Assembly (NCBI GenBank): GCA_039588275.1
Contig: JBDHAC010000023.1
Span: forward strand, 1 to 54,360
DNA length: 54,360 nucleotides
Source of the DNA: Gemmatimonadota bacterium
GTDB taxonomy: Bacteria > Gemmatimonadota > Gemmatimonadetes > Palauibacterales > Palauibacteraceae
Direction of reading: 5' to 3'
Part shown: one piece after another, positions 17,281 through 26,190 of the stretch
Layout: each line of letters begins with the position of its first letter
How positions within the stretch are numbered: position 1 is the first letter of the stretch
Program-made: the position numbers and the translations under genes
The notes under the pieces: model-generated
What the model saw: only the letters and a program-made list of their open reading frames with translations
What the model was told of the DNA's origin: nothing
The model's database searches: none

Positions 17281-18825
17281 CTGAACGACTCCGAGATCCA
17301 CCTGGATGCGGGTGGCCTGGCCGACCCGGCCGATGCGCGAGAGGTACGGGACACCCCCTTCTGCATCGCCGTGCTCGGCGATTTCAGTGGCCGTGGGGCG
17401 GGGATTGGGCAGGCGAGTGGCCGGCCGGATTGGAGGGCGACGCGGGTCACGCCCGATAACATGCCCGAGTTGGCGGGATTAACGCCACGGTTGGACCTGT
17501 ACCTCGGTGGTTCCACGGAGGCGGTTCGGCTGGAGTTCGCGCGGCTCGATGATTTTCATCCGGACGCCATGTTCCGCACGCTTCCGTTGTTCGCGGAGCT
17601 GCTAGAAGCGCGAGCAGCCGTGAAGGAAGGACGAGAATCAGGATTCGCGTTCACTCCGCCGCCCGGTGAAGCGCCGGACGCGCCTCCGTCCGCCGAGCAG
17701 ACCGAGGTGCCGCCGTCACCTCCGACTCCCCGCCCGCCCTCAAACGACAGCGGGCTCCTGGACGCCATCGTAGAAGAAACCGCGCCCTCGACGCCGGGCA
17801 CTCACGGACCGGATCAGGAGATCCAGGACTTCGTGCGAAGCGTCGTACGTCCCCATCTCGTCCGTCCCGCTCCAGACCGGACCGCGGAACTGGAGGCCAT
17901 CGACCAGGCGGCCAGCGCCTTGATGCGTGCGGTCCTCCACCACGAGGATTTCAGGGCGCTCGAATCGCTGTGGCGGTCGCTCGTCTTCCTGCTCTCGCGG
18001 ATCGACACGACCGGGAAAGTGCGGGTATACATCGTGGACGTCTCCCGCGCCGAGCTGGAGGACGACCTGTTCGAGAGCGAGGACCCGACGAGGTCCCGGC
18101 TCCACGCGCTGCTCACCGCCCCCGATCAGGCGCCGGTGTCGGGTCGGTGGGCGTTGGTGGTCGGCGCCTACGCGTTCGGGGCCTCCACTGACGACGTCTC
18201 GGTGCTCGAGCGCCTGGCGCAGGTGGCACGAGCGGCGGACGTGCCGTGGTTGTCCGAGGGCGACATTCGCCTGACGGGTTGTGAATCGCTCGGTGTGACC
18301 CCGGACCCGCGCGACTGGTCCGATCCGTGGGCGGGTGAGTGGTCCAGAATTCCGAAGGCTCCACACGCGGCCTGGCTCGGTCTCGCTCTCCCGCGGTTGC
18401 TCGCCAGGGAGCCGTACGGGACGGACCTGGGTCCACGCTGCAAAACGTTCGATTTCGAAGAGGAGCCCGAGTCGAGAGAAGAGCCCGAAGAAAGTAGACC
18501 GACCCCTGGCCGAGCCCTCCTGTGGGGGAATCCGGCCTTCCTGTGCGCCGCGCTTCTCGCCCAGGCGTTCGCCCGCGATGGCTGGGACTTCTCGACGGAT
18601 GCCGTCCTGGATGTCGGTCAGGTCACGCTCGCCCGGGGTGCGTTCGCGGACGAGCAAACGCCGGTACTCACCGAGCACCGGCTCCATCCCGCGGCCGCCC
18701 AGCAAATCGCCAGGGCGGGGTTGATGCCCCTCGTGGCCTTTCCCCACGAAGCTCGGATTCGGTTGGGTGGGATTCGCCCGGTAGCCCCGCCTCCGGCGCG
18801 GCTACGAGCATGGTGGAACCCCTGA
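17281..18825 (+). CDS. TssB-like plus truncated TssC-like sheath hybrid protein
   Basis: TssB-like PFCIAVLGDFSG...LEFARLDDFHPD, then TssC-like IDQAASALMRAVLHHEDFRALESLWRSLVFL, LPRLLAREPYG and LLWGNPAF. Probable CTG start 5 nt after GGAGG. Confidence 0.8.
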   Translation: MNDSEIHLDAGGLADPADAREVRDTPFCIAVLGDFSGRGAGIGQASGRPDWRATRVTPDNMPELAGLTPRLDLYLGGSTEAVRLEFARLDDFHPDAMFRTLPLFAELLEARAAVKEGRESGFAFTPPPGEAPDAPPSAEQTEVPPSPPTPRPPSNDSGLLDAIVEETAPSTPGTHGPDQEIQDFVRSVVRPHLVRPAPDRTAELEAIDQAASALMRAVLHHEDFRALESLWRSLVFLLSRIDTTGKVRVYIVDVSRAELEDDLFESEDPTRSRLHALLTAPDQAPVSGRWALVVGAYAFGASTDDVSVLERLAQVARAADVPWLSEGDIRLTGCESLGVTPDPRDWSDPWAGEWSRIPKAPHAAWLGLALPRLLAREPYGTDLGPRCKTFDFEEEPESREEPEESRPTPGRALLWGNPAFLCAALLAQAFARDGWDFSTDAVLDVGQVTLARGAFADEQTPVLTEHRLHPAAAQQIARAGLMPLVAFPHEARIRLGGIRPVAPPPARLRAWWNP

Positions 18826-18878
18826 ACGCTGCGGGTTGATGCACGGCACGCCGACGACTGGACAGCCCCGGGATTCGC

Positions 18879-18908
18879 TTGACAGAGCGAAACCCCATCC
18901 CTTACCGT
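18879..18908 (+). promoter_or_regulatory. Putative sigma70 promoter of the tssB-vgrG operon
   Basis: Perfect TTGACA, 18 nt spacer, then TACCGT; flanked by inverted repeats. Confidence 0.5.
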
Positions 18909-19027
18909 CAAGTTTGCGCGTAAGTTGCCCCGGGTTCCCGCGTCTTCTTTCCCTCGCCCGACTCGGGGTGTGCGGTTCCTTCTGCCGGGCTGCATTCTCG
19001 AGGGACCACCTGGCCTAGGAGACTACG

Positions 19028-19552
19028 ATGGCCGAGAGCTTTCAGCATCGCCGTAAGCGTCAACGCCCCACCCGAGTAAACATCACGTACGACGTCGAAA
19101 CGGGCGGCGCCATGCTCAAGCGCGAGCTTCCGTTCATCATGGGCGTCATGGCCGATTTGAGCGGGGATGGAGCCGACGATCTCGACGACGTCGCCGACCG
19201 CAAGTTCGTCGAGGTCAAGCCCGACAACTTCGACAAAGTGATGAAAGGGATGAAGCCCCGGCTGTCCTACGCCGTGGACAACAAGCTCGAGCCCGATTCC
19301 GAGGACAAGATCGGCGTGGAGCTCGACTTCGAGAACTTCGAGGATTTCTCACCCGAGCAGGTCGCTCAACAGGTCGAGCCGCTCAAACAGCTCCTGGACA
19401 AGCGCAGGGACCTGGCCGACCTCAAGGGGAAGCTCGCGACCAACCGCAAACTGAACAAAGCACTGCAGGCTGCCCTGGGCGACGACGAGAAGAAAGCTGC
19501 GCTGCAGTCTGAACTGGAAGCCGCAGGAGACGAGGACAATGGCGGAAGCTGA
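19028..19552 (+). CDS. tssB: T6SS contractile sheath small subunit
   Basis: RVNITYDVETGGA..KRELPFIMGVMADLSG and DFSPEQVAQQV; AGGAG RBS. Confidence 0.97.
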   Translation: MAESFQHRRKRQRPTRVNITYDVETGGAMLKRELPFIMGVMADLSGDGADDLDDVADRKFVEVKPDNFDKVMKGMKPRLSYAVDNKLEPDSEDKIGVELDFENFEDFSPEQVAQQVEPLKQLLDKRRDLADLKGKLATNRKLNKALQAALGDDEKKAALQSELEAAGDEDNGGS

Positions 19553-21029
19553 GCAACAAAAGGCCGCGGAGGAGGTCCAGGAGACCGAGCTCGGACTTCT
19601 CGATCAGATTGTCGAGGAAGGCCGGTTCGGCACCGAGGAGACCGCGCGGAAGCGTGGCCGTGACATGATCAGCATGTTCGTCAAGGATGTCCTTGACGAG
19701 ACGGTCACGTACAGCAAAGACACCGAGGCCATGTTGAACGAGCAGATTCGTCAGATCGACGATCTGCTGTCGGCGCAGCTCAACGAGATCATGCACGCGC
19801 CAAAGTTCAAGAAGCTGGAGTCTTCCTGGCGTGGGCTCCGCTATCTCCTCTCGCAGACGGAGACGGGCAAGCTCCTCAAGATCCGGGTCATGAGCATCAC
19901 CAAGGATGAGCTCATGGACGATCTGACGTCCGGGAAAGCGGAGATGGCCGTGGATCGAAGTGAGCTATTCCGAAAGGTTTACCAGGAAGAGTTCAACCAG
20001 TTTGGAGGTACGCCGTACGGCGCTCTCCTGGGAGACTACGAGTTCGACAAGAAGGGGCAGGACATGAAGCTCCTGACCCGTGTCTCCCAGCTGGCGGCCG
20101 CGGCGCACGCCCCATTCCTGACCGGCACGGATCCGACAATGTTCGGGTTCGAGAGCTTCACCGAGCTGACCAACGTGTACGAGATGGAGAGCACGTTCGA
20201 AGGCACGGAGTACGCGCAGTGGAACGCGTTCCGCGACACCGAGGACTCGCGCTATGTCGCGTTGACGGCTCCTCGAATGCTGATTCGTGAGCCGTATGGT
20301 GCCGACACGGTTCCGGTGAAGGCGTTCGACTTCACGGAGAACGTCACCGGGAAGGAACACGACAAGTATCTGTGGGCCAACGCGGCTTGGGGTCTGGGCG
20401 CGTGCGTCACGAAGGCCTTCGCCCAGCACAGCTGGTGCGCACGGATCCGTGGCGTCACCTCGGGCGGCAAGGTCGAAGGGCTGCCCACCCATACCTTCGA
20501 GACGGATCGGGGGGACATCGCCATGAAGTGTCCCACCGAGACGCTGATCCCGGACGACCAGGAGTTCGAGCTCGCCAAGCTCGGGTTCGCGCCGCTCGCC
20601 AACGAGAAGAACACGGCGAACGCGGTCTTCTTCAGCGTGCAATCCACCCAGAACCCAAAAGAGTACGAAGGCACGGCTGGCGATGCCGCGACGGCGAATG
20701 CGGTGCTGTCGGCGCAACTCCCCTACATCTTCGCCGTGTCCAGATTCGCGCACTACCTGAAGACGATGATGCGCGACTACATCGGCTCGTACAAAACGCG
20801 GGGCGAGCTGAGCGACATGTTGAACAACTGGATCGCCGGCTACGTGCTGAAGACAGAAGGCGCGCCCGAGGAGCAGAAGGCCAAGAAGCCGCTCAAGGAT
20901 GCTCGCATCGATGTCGTAGAGAACCCCAGGAAGCCGGGTACGTACCAGGCCGTCGCGTTTCTGCGGCCGCATTTTCAGCTCGACGCCGTCGACTTCTCGA
21001 TGCGTCTGGTTGCGGACGTGCCCGAATAG
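19539..21029 (+). CDS. tssC: T6SS contractile sheath large subunit
   Basis: Motifs LESSWRGL, AAHAPF, YLWANAA, GGKVEGLP, SRFAHYLK and RPHFQL. Confidence 0.97.
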   Translation: MAEAEQQKAAEEVQETELGLLDQIVEEGRFGTEETARKRGRDMISMFVKDVLDETVTYSKDTEAMLNEQIRQIDDLLSAQLNEIMHAPKFKKLESSWRGLRYLLSQTETGKLLKIRVMSITKDELMDDLTSGKAEMAVDRSELFRKVYQEEFNQFGGTPYGALLGDYEFDKKGQDMKLLTRVSQLAAAAHAPFLTGTDPTMFGFESFTELTNVYEMESTFEGTEYAQWNAFRDTEDSRYVALTAPRMLIREPYGADTVPVKAFDFTENVTGKEHDKYLWANAAWGLGACVTKAFAQHSWCARIRGVTSGGKVEGLPTHTFETDRGDIAMKCPTETLIPDDQEFELAKLGFAPLANEKNTANAVFFSVQSTQNPKEYEGTAGDAATANAVLSAQLPYIFAVSRFAHYLKTMMRDYIGSYKTRGELSDMLNNWIAGYVLKTEGAPEEQKAKKPLKDARIDVVENPRKPGTYQAVAFLRPHFQLDAVDFSMRLVADVPE

Positions 21030-21100
21030 AGAGAACAGCGTACTAGCAGGCGAGCCACACAGTCCCGATCAGCGCTCGATCACGATCAAAGGAGGCATCG

Positions 21101-21589
21101 ATGGCATGGGACGCGTACTTGACGGTCGATGGGGTCAGCGGGGAGTCGCAGCGAGAAGGACACGAGGGTGAGATCGAAGTGATCTCGTTCAGCTTTGGCG
21201 GCTCGAATCCGTCGAGCGTGGGAATCGGGAAGGGTGGCGGGACGGGGACCGTGAACCTCAGCAGCTTCAACTTCATGAAGAAAACCGATGCTTCGAGCGC
21301 CGAGATGTTCGCCCACATGTGCGCCGGCGAGCACTTCCCCGTGGGCAAGATGACGCTCTACAAGTCCGGCGGGAAGGGCGGCGCCCTGGCATACCTGGTC
21401 TACGAGTTCGAAGAAATCTACGTCGACAGCATCCAGTGGTCCGGCTCGGAGGGTGGCGACAACGTCCCGATGGAGTCGGTGTCGTTCGCGTTCGGGAAGG
21501 CGACCATCACCTATACCGAGCAGAACCCGGACGGGACCGCCGGCGGCGACCACGTCGGATCCTGGGACGTGCGCACCAAAACGGCCTGA
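21101..21589 (+). CDS. hcp: T6SS tube protein Hcp
   Basis: AYLTVDGVSGES..HEGEIEVISFSFG, KKTDASS and ESVSFAFGK; GGAGG RBS. Confidence 0.96.
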   Translation: MAWDAYLTVDGVSGESQREGHEGEIEVISFSFGGSNPSSVGIGKGGGTGTVNLSSFNFMKKTDASSAEMFAHMCAGEHFPVGKMTLYKSGGKGGALAYLVYEFEEIYVDSIQWSGSEGGDNVPMESVSFAFGKATITYTEQNPDGTAGGDHVGSWDVRTKTA

Positions 21590-21603
21590 GGCGGTCTGAC
21601 CCG

Positions 21604-22320
21604 ATGCCGACTGCCGACGCCAGGAGTCTATACCAGGAGGGGCGTCTTTCGGATGCCATCGCTTCGCTCAACGAGGCACTTCGGAGCGACCCGAGCGATG
21701 TCGCATCGCGTACGTTTCTGTTCGAGCTGCTCTGTTTTGCGGGAGCCTACGACCGCGCCCGTAAGCAGCTCCACGCGATCAGCTCGGTGGACCCGGAAGC
21801 CCACCTGAGCACGGCCTGGTACCAGGAGGCACTGCACGCGGAGGAACAGCGGCAGAAGATGTTCCGTGGCGGGGAGCTGCCGGAAGCCGACAGCTCCCCG
21901 GCCGCCGTCGGTGGCACGCTGAACGGCGAGCCGATCCAGGACGTGCAGGACGCCGATCCTCGCATCGGCCCGCGGCTCGAAGCCCTCGTCGGCGAGCGCT
22001 ACATGTGGATCCCGTTCGAGCACCTAGCCAAGATCCGCATCGAGCCACCCACGCAGCTGCGGGATCTGTTCTGGATCCCGGCGCAGATCGAGGGCACGGA
22101 TGCTCTCGGCGGGCACTCCGGCGAGATCCTGGTGCCTGTGATGACGCCGCTCGCGTGGCAGCATCCGGACGAGCTCGTACGTCTTGGACGTCTGACCGAG
22201 TGGGAGGAGCTGGACTCCGGCGACGAGGCACCGGTGGGGCAGAAGCTCCTTCTGGTGGACGGAGAGGATTTTCCGCTGCTGGAGGTGCGCGAGCTTCTCT
22301 TCACGCCTCCGGAAGGCTGA
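21604..22320 (+). CDS. tagJ: T6SS accessory TagJ/ImpE (SciE)
   Basis: TPR-like N-terminus LFELLCFAGAYDRA; DADPRIGPRLE, YMWIPF, LRDLFW, LGRLTEW and GQKLL. Confidence 0.9.
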   Translation: MPTADARSLYQEGRLSDAIASLNEALRSDPSDVASRTFLFELLCFAGAYDRARKQLHAISSVDPEAHLSTAWYQEALHAEEQRQKMFRGGELPEADSSPAAVGGTLNGEPIQDVQDADPRIGPRLEALVGERYMWIPFEHLAKIRIEPPTQLRDLFWIPAQIEGTDALGGHSGEILVPVMTPLAWQHPDELVRLGRLTEWEELDSGDEAPVGQKLLLVDGEDFPLLEVRELLFTPPEG

Positions 22321-22348
22321 ATCGAGATCGTTATCGGCCTCGCGTGCC

Positions 22349-23860
22349 ATGTCACTCCTTGAGGAGCTGCTTGCACCGATCTCGGACGACGAGCCTGCAG
22401 GCCCGGATCTCTCGCTTAGCAACGAGTACGCCGAGATCGAACGGGCCTATCTGGATGCCGACGTCCCCCCTTTTCTGAGCCCTACCGGTGCTGTCGCAGA
22501 GCCCGACACCATGTTCTCCGACGTCGTCGGTCTCGCCAAGGACTTTCTCGGCAACCAGTCGAAGGATCTCAAGATCTCCGCGCTTCTAGCCGGGGGTCTG
22601 CTACGGGAGGAGGGGTTCTCGGGCTTGGCCTCCGGCCTGGAGCTTCTCCGGGATCTGCTGGACCAGTACTGGGAGACGCTGCATCCGGGGCCGGCCGGGC
22701 GGGTAGCGGTGCTGAATTGGCTCGGCTCGGAGGACGTAGCATACGCGTTGTACTTGACGCCGTTCACCGAAGGCGGGCACACCTATTTCCACTATAAGGA
22801 ATGGGTGAAGACGGAGGAGGGTGCCGAGCCCGCTGCGACGGGGGACAAGGCCCAGGACGCAGATGCCGCCACCGAGCTCTCCGGCGCCAGCTTCGGGCAG
22901 GGCTTCGTCGAGACCTCGTGGGTCTGGTACAACGAGCTTTGTTCATCTCTGGATCGCTCTGCGGCCGCGCTCGAGGCCCTGGACTCGCTCGGGCGCGAGA
23001 GATTCCCCGAAGCCGACGAGAAGCCGCCGCGATACAACGACCTGGCCGGCGCGTTGAAGAGAGTCACGACCGCCGCGCACGAGCTCCTCGACAGGAAGCC
23101 TCCTCCGACGCCGGCCGGGGCGGACACGCCCGACGAAGCGGGAGGCGATGCGGCGGTGTCGACCGCAGGAGCCGGGCAGGCGGCCGTCACGACCGAGCCG
23201 CGGAACCCGGCCGAGGCGGGCGCCGCCATCGCCGCGGCCGCGCGTGTCTTGCGGCATGCCGATCCGCTCAATCCGGCCCCCTACCTGGTACTGCGCGGTT
23301 TTCGATGGGGAGAGCTACGCGCCTCCGGAGACCAGCCGGACCCTCGTGAGCTGGTGGCGCCCAGCGCCAAGCAACGCACCTACCTCAGGTCCCTGTTCCT
23401 GGACCAGAAGTGGGACGAGCTCCTGGAAGCGGTGGAGGATATCATGGCCACGCCCGCCGGGCGCGGCTGGCTGGACCTCCAGCGCTACGCCGTGCTGGCG
23501 GCCGAGGGACTCGGGGCCGAGTACAACCAGGTACAGGCCGCTCTGCGGAGCGCACTGGAAGGCCTGATAGCCGATATCCCGGACCTCGTCCGGGCCACGT
23601 TGATGGATGACTCCGACGCCGCTTCGCGGGACACCGTAGCGTGGCTCGCGAGTCAGCAACTGCTCAGTCACGAGCTCTTCGACCGGCTCGCCAAGCTGGA
23701 TCCGTTGCTCGTCGTTGAGGCGAGCGACTACGTCCCGCCTCCACGCCCCTCGGCGCCGGCAGAGCCTTCGGCTGCCGAGCCGGAGGAAGCGGAGTCGGAG
23801 GACGCCGAGCCAGGTGGCGAGGAGCTAGAGGTCGGAGCGGAGGAGGGGGGCGATGGCTGA
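22349..23860 (+). CDS. tssA: T6SS TssA (ImpA_N plus VasJ-like middle domain, short C-terminus)
   Basis: LLAPISDDEPAGPDL, SKDLKI, YWETLHP, PAPYLVLRGFRWGE and WLDLQRY. Confidence 0.88.
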   Translation: MSLLEELLAPISDDEPAGPDLSLSNEYAEIERAYLDADVPPFLSPTGAVAEPDTMFSDVVGLAKDFLGNQSKDLKISALLAGGLLREEGFSGLASGLELLRDLLDQYWETLHPGPAGRVAVLNWLGSEDVAYALYLTPFTEGGHTYFHYKEWVKTEEGAEPAATGDKAQDADAATELSGASFGQGFVETSWVWYNELCSSLDRSAAALEALDSLGRERFPEADEKPPRYNDLAGALKRVTTAAHELLDRKPPPTPAGADTPDEAGGDAAVSTAGAGQAAVTTEPRNPAEAGAAIAAAARVLRHADPLNPAPYLVLRGFRWGELRASGDQPDPRELVAPSAKQRTYLRSLFLDQKWDELLEAVEDIMATPAGRGWLDLQRYAVLAAEGLGAEYNQVQAALRSALEGLIADIPDLVRATLMDDSDAASRDTVAWLASQQLLSHELFDRLAKLDPLLVVEASDYVPPPRPSAPAEPSAAEPEEAESEDAEPGGEELEVGAEEGGDG

Positions 23861-24356
23861 GCCGCTCGTTCGCCAGTCCGTGCTGGATCGGCTGATCGGA
23901 GAGGACGTCGTTTACGAAGGAGCCGGGGACCGAGGCCGGCCACCGCGCACCTGGGACGATTCGGTGACCCTCCTCCAGCGAAACCTGCTGCGAGACCTGG
24001 AGTGGTTGCTGAACGCGAGGCGCACCACCGATGCAGCCGGCCCTCCCCACGAGCACCTCAGCCGGTCGGTCTACAACTACGGACTCCGGGACATCGCCAC
24101 CTTCAGCGCCGACGCCTCCGAGACGCCGGATGAGCTGCGCCGGACCATCGAAGCCACCATCGAGCTTTACGAGCCGCGCCTCACGGATGTGCGCGTAAAG
24201 CTGGTCGAGTCTGGATCGAGCACGAGCCGTAAGGTCAAGTTCCTGGTCGAGGGCACGCTGCGCACCGAGCCGGAGCCAGAGCAGGTTGAGTTCGACACCG
24301 TGCTCGAGATCACGAGCAAGAGGTTCGAGGTCTCGACCCATACGACGAATGCGTGA
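23853..24356 (+). CDS. tssE: T6SS baseplate TssE (gp25-like)
   Basis: SVLDRL, RDLEWLLN, YNYGL and IELYEPRL. Confidence 0.95.
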   Translation: MAEPLVRQSVLDRLIGEDVVYEGAGDRGRPPRTWDDSVTLLQRNLLRDLEWLLNARRTTDAAGPPHEHLSRSVYNYGLRDIATFSADASETPDELRRTIEATIELYEPRLTDVRVKLVESGSSTSRKVKFLVEGTLRTEPEPEQVEFDTVLEITSKRFEVSTHTTNA

Positions 24357-26190
24357 CCACGGACTGAAGGACTACTACGAGCAAGAGCTCCGCTACCTCC
24401 GGGAGCTGGGTCAGGAGTTTGGTGAGCAGCACGTGGAGATCGCCTCCGCCCTGAGGCTGGAGGAGAACCGCTGCGACGACCCGCACGTCGAGCGGCTACT
24501 CGAAGGGTTCGCGTTTCTGGCCGCCCGGGTTCACCGGAGAATCGACGACGACTTCACGGAGATTTGCCAGTCGCTCCTGAACGTCGTCTACCCGCACTAC
24601 CTGAGACCGACTCCCGCCATGTCGGTGGTCCACCTGCGGCCGGATCCGGGGGCTCCCACCTCCGGGTTCCAGGTGCCGGCGGGCTCGACCCTCGTGGCAC
24701 CGCCCGCGCAGGGGGTCCGCTGCCGGTTCCGGACCTGCTACAGCACGACGATCTGGCCGCTTCGGGTGGCCGAAGCTGCGTGGCAAACGCCGCAGGGGCT
24801 CGACCTGGGCACGCACGCACGCGACCTGTCGGCCGTCCTGCGCGTCCGCCTGGAGAGCATTGGCGAGCAGACCTTCGATGAGCTGGAGCTCGACTCGCTC
24901 CGCTTCTACCTGGACGGTGACCTGCCGCTGGTCTCGGCGCTGTACGAGGTGCTCGACAACAACTGCGCCGAGATCCTAGTTCGAGATCCCGACGCGCCGG
25001 AAGACGCGCTGCCATTGTCGAGCAAGGCGCTCCGGCCCGTCGGATTCGAGGAAGATGAGGGAATGCTCCCGACTCCGGGTCGAGCATTCCAGGGTTATCA
25101 GTTGCTGCTCGAGTACTTCACCTTTCCATACAAGTTTCTGTTCATGGACCTGGGGGGACTCGATCGACTCCGCGGGCGAGGGCTCGGGAGCGCGGTCGAG
25201 CTACTCTTCCTCATCCGTCCATTCGAGAGCCCGGAGCGGCAGGAGATTCTCGAGCGCTCGGTATCGCACGAGACGCTTCGCCTCGGGTGCACGCCCGTTG
25301 TGAACCTCTTCGCGGCCGAGTCGGAGCCGATCCGCTTGAATCAGCGCCGGTCCGAATACCTGATCCGTGCTCGGGGACCGGAGGAGCACCCCTACGAGGT
25401 GTTCTCGATCGACGAGTTGTGGGCGGTGATGCCGAATCCGCCCCGGCGGGTCCATTTCGCGCCGTTCTTCTCGTATCGGCACCGCGCGGCCGCCTCAGAG
25501 AAGCCCATGTTCTGGTACTCGCGCCGCATGCCGAGCTCGTGGCTGGAGGGGGGTGCGACCGACGTCAACGTCGCTTTCGTGGATCTCTCCGGAGAGACCA
25601 TCCACCCCGAGTACCCCTCGGCGATGGCACAGCTCACGGTGTTCAACGGCGAGCTTCCGAACAAGCTGCCGATCGGCCGGGGGAAGGGAGACCTGGATCT
25701 CGAGGGTGGCGGTGCGCCGTTGGAACGGATTCAGGTCCTGATGCTCCCGACTACTCCTATCCAACCGCCCATGGACGGCTCCTTGCTGTGGCGACTCGTC
25801 TCCCAGCTCTCCCTCAACTACCTGTCGCTGGTGGATGGGGGAGGGGATGCCATGCGCGAGCTGCTCAGGCTGTACAACTTCGGCGACTTCGCCATCGGAG
25901 AGAAGCACATTCGCGGGATCGCGGCGATCGAGAGCGAGCCCTGGTACGCGAGGGTGCGGAGCGAGCATGGACTGAGCTTCGCACGCGGACGACGAGTGCA
26001 CATGGAGTTTGACGAAGACGAGTACTCCGGCGGCGGGATCTATCTCCTGGCCAGCGTGCTCGAACGATTCCTGGCCCTGTATGCGAGCATGAACAGCTTC
26101 TCTGCGCTCGTGGCGCGGGTTCGATCGCGGCAAAAGACCTACACCCTGAGGGAATGGCTACCGAGAGCGGGACACCGGACGCTGGTCTAG
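24349..26190 (+). CDS. tssF: T6SS baseplate TssF
   Basis: YYEQELRYLRE, DPHVERLLEGFAFL, LLLEYF, GCTPVVNLF, WRLVSQLSLNYL and NSF. Confidence 0.96.
   Translation: MRDHGLKDYYEQELRYLRELGQEFGEQHVEIASALRLEENRCDDPHVERLLEGFAFLAARVHRRIDDDFTEICQSLLNVVYPHYLRPTPAMSVVHLRPDPGAPTSGFQVPAGSTLVAPPAQGVRCRFRTCYSTTIWPLRVAEAAWQTPQGLDLGTHARDLSAVLRVRLESIGEQTFDELELDSLRFYLDGDLPLVSALYEVLDNNCAEILVRDPDAPEDALPLSSKALRPVGFEEDEGMLPTPGRAFQGYQLLLEYFTFPYKFLFMDLGGLDRLRGRGLGSAVELLFLIRPFESPERQEILERSVSHETLRLGCTPVVNLFAAESEPIRLNQRRSEYLIRARGPEEHPYEVFSIDELWAVMPNPPRRVHFAPFFSYRHRAAASEKPMFWYSRRMPSSWLEGGATDVNVAFVDLSGETIHPEYPSAMAQLTVFNGELPNKLPIGRGKGDLDLEGGGAPLERIQVLMLPTTPIQPPMDGSLLWRLVSQLSLNYLSLVDGGGDAMRELLRLYNFGDFAIGEKHIRGIAAIESEPWYARVRSEHGLSFARGRRVHMEFDEDEYSGGGIYLLASVLERFLALYASMNSFSALVARVRSRQKTYTLREWLPRAGHRTLV

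Noticed and set aside
17013..17516. N-terminal extension of tssK-2 in the ORF track (619 aa)
   Set aside because: It is not TssK-like and overlaps the divergent sheath hybrid gene; TssK homology starts at MRQMQPVLW (17012).
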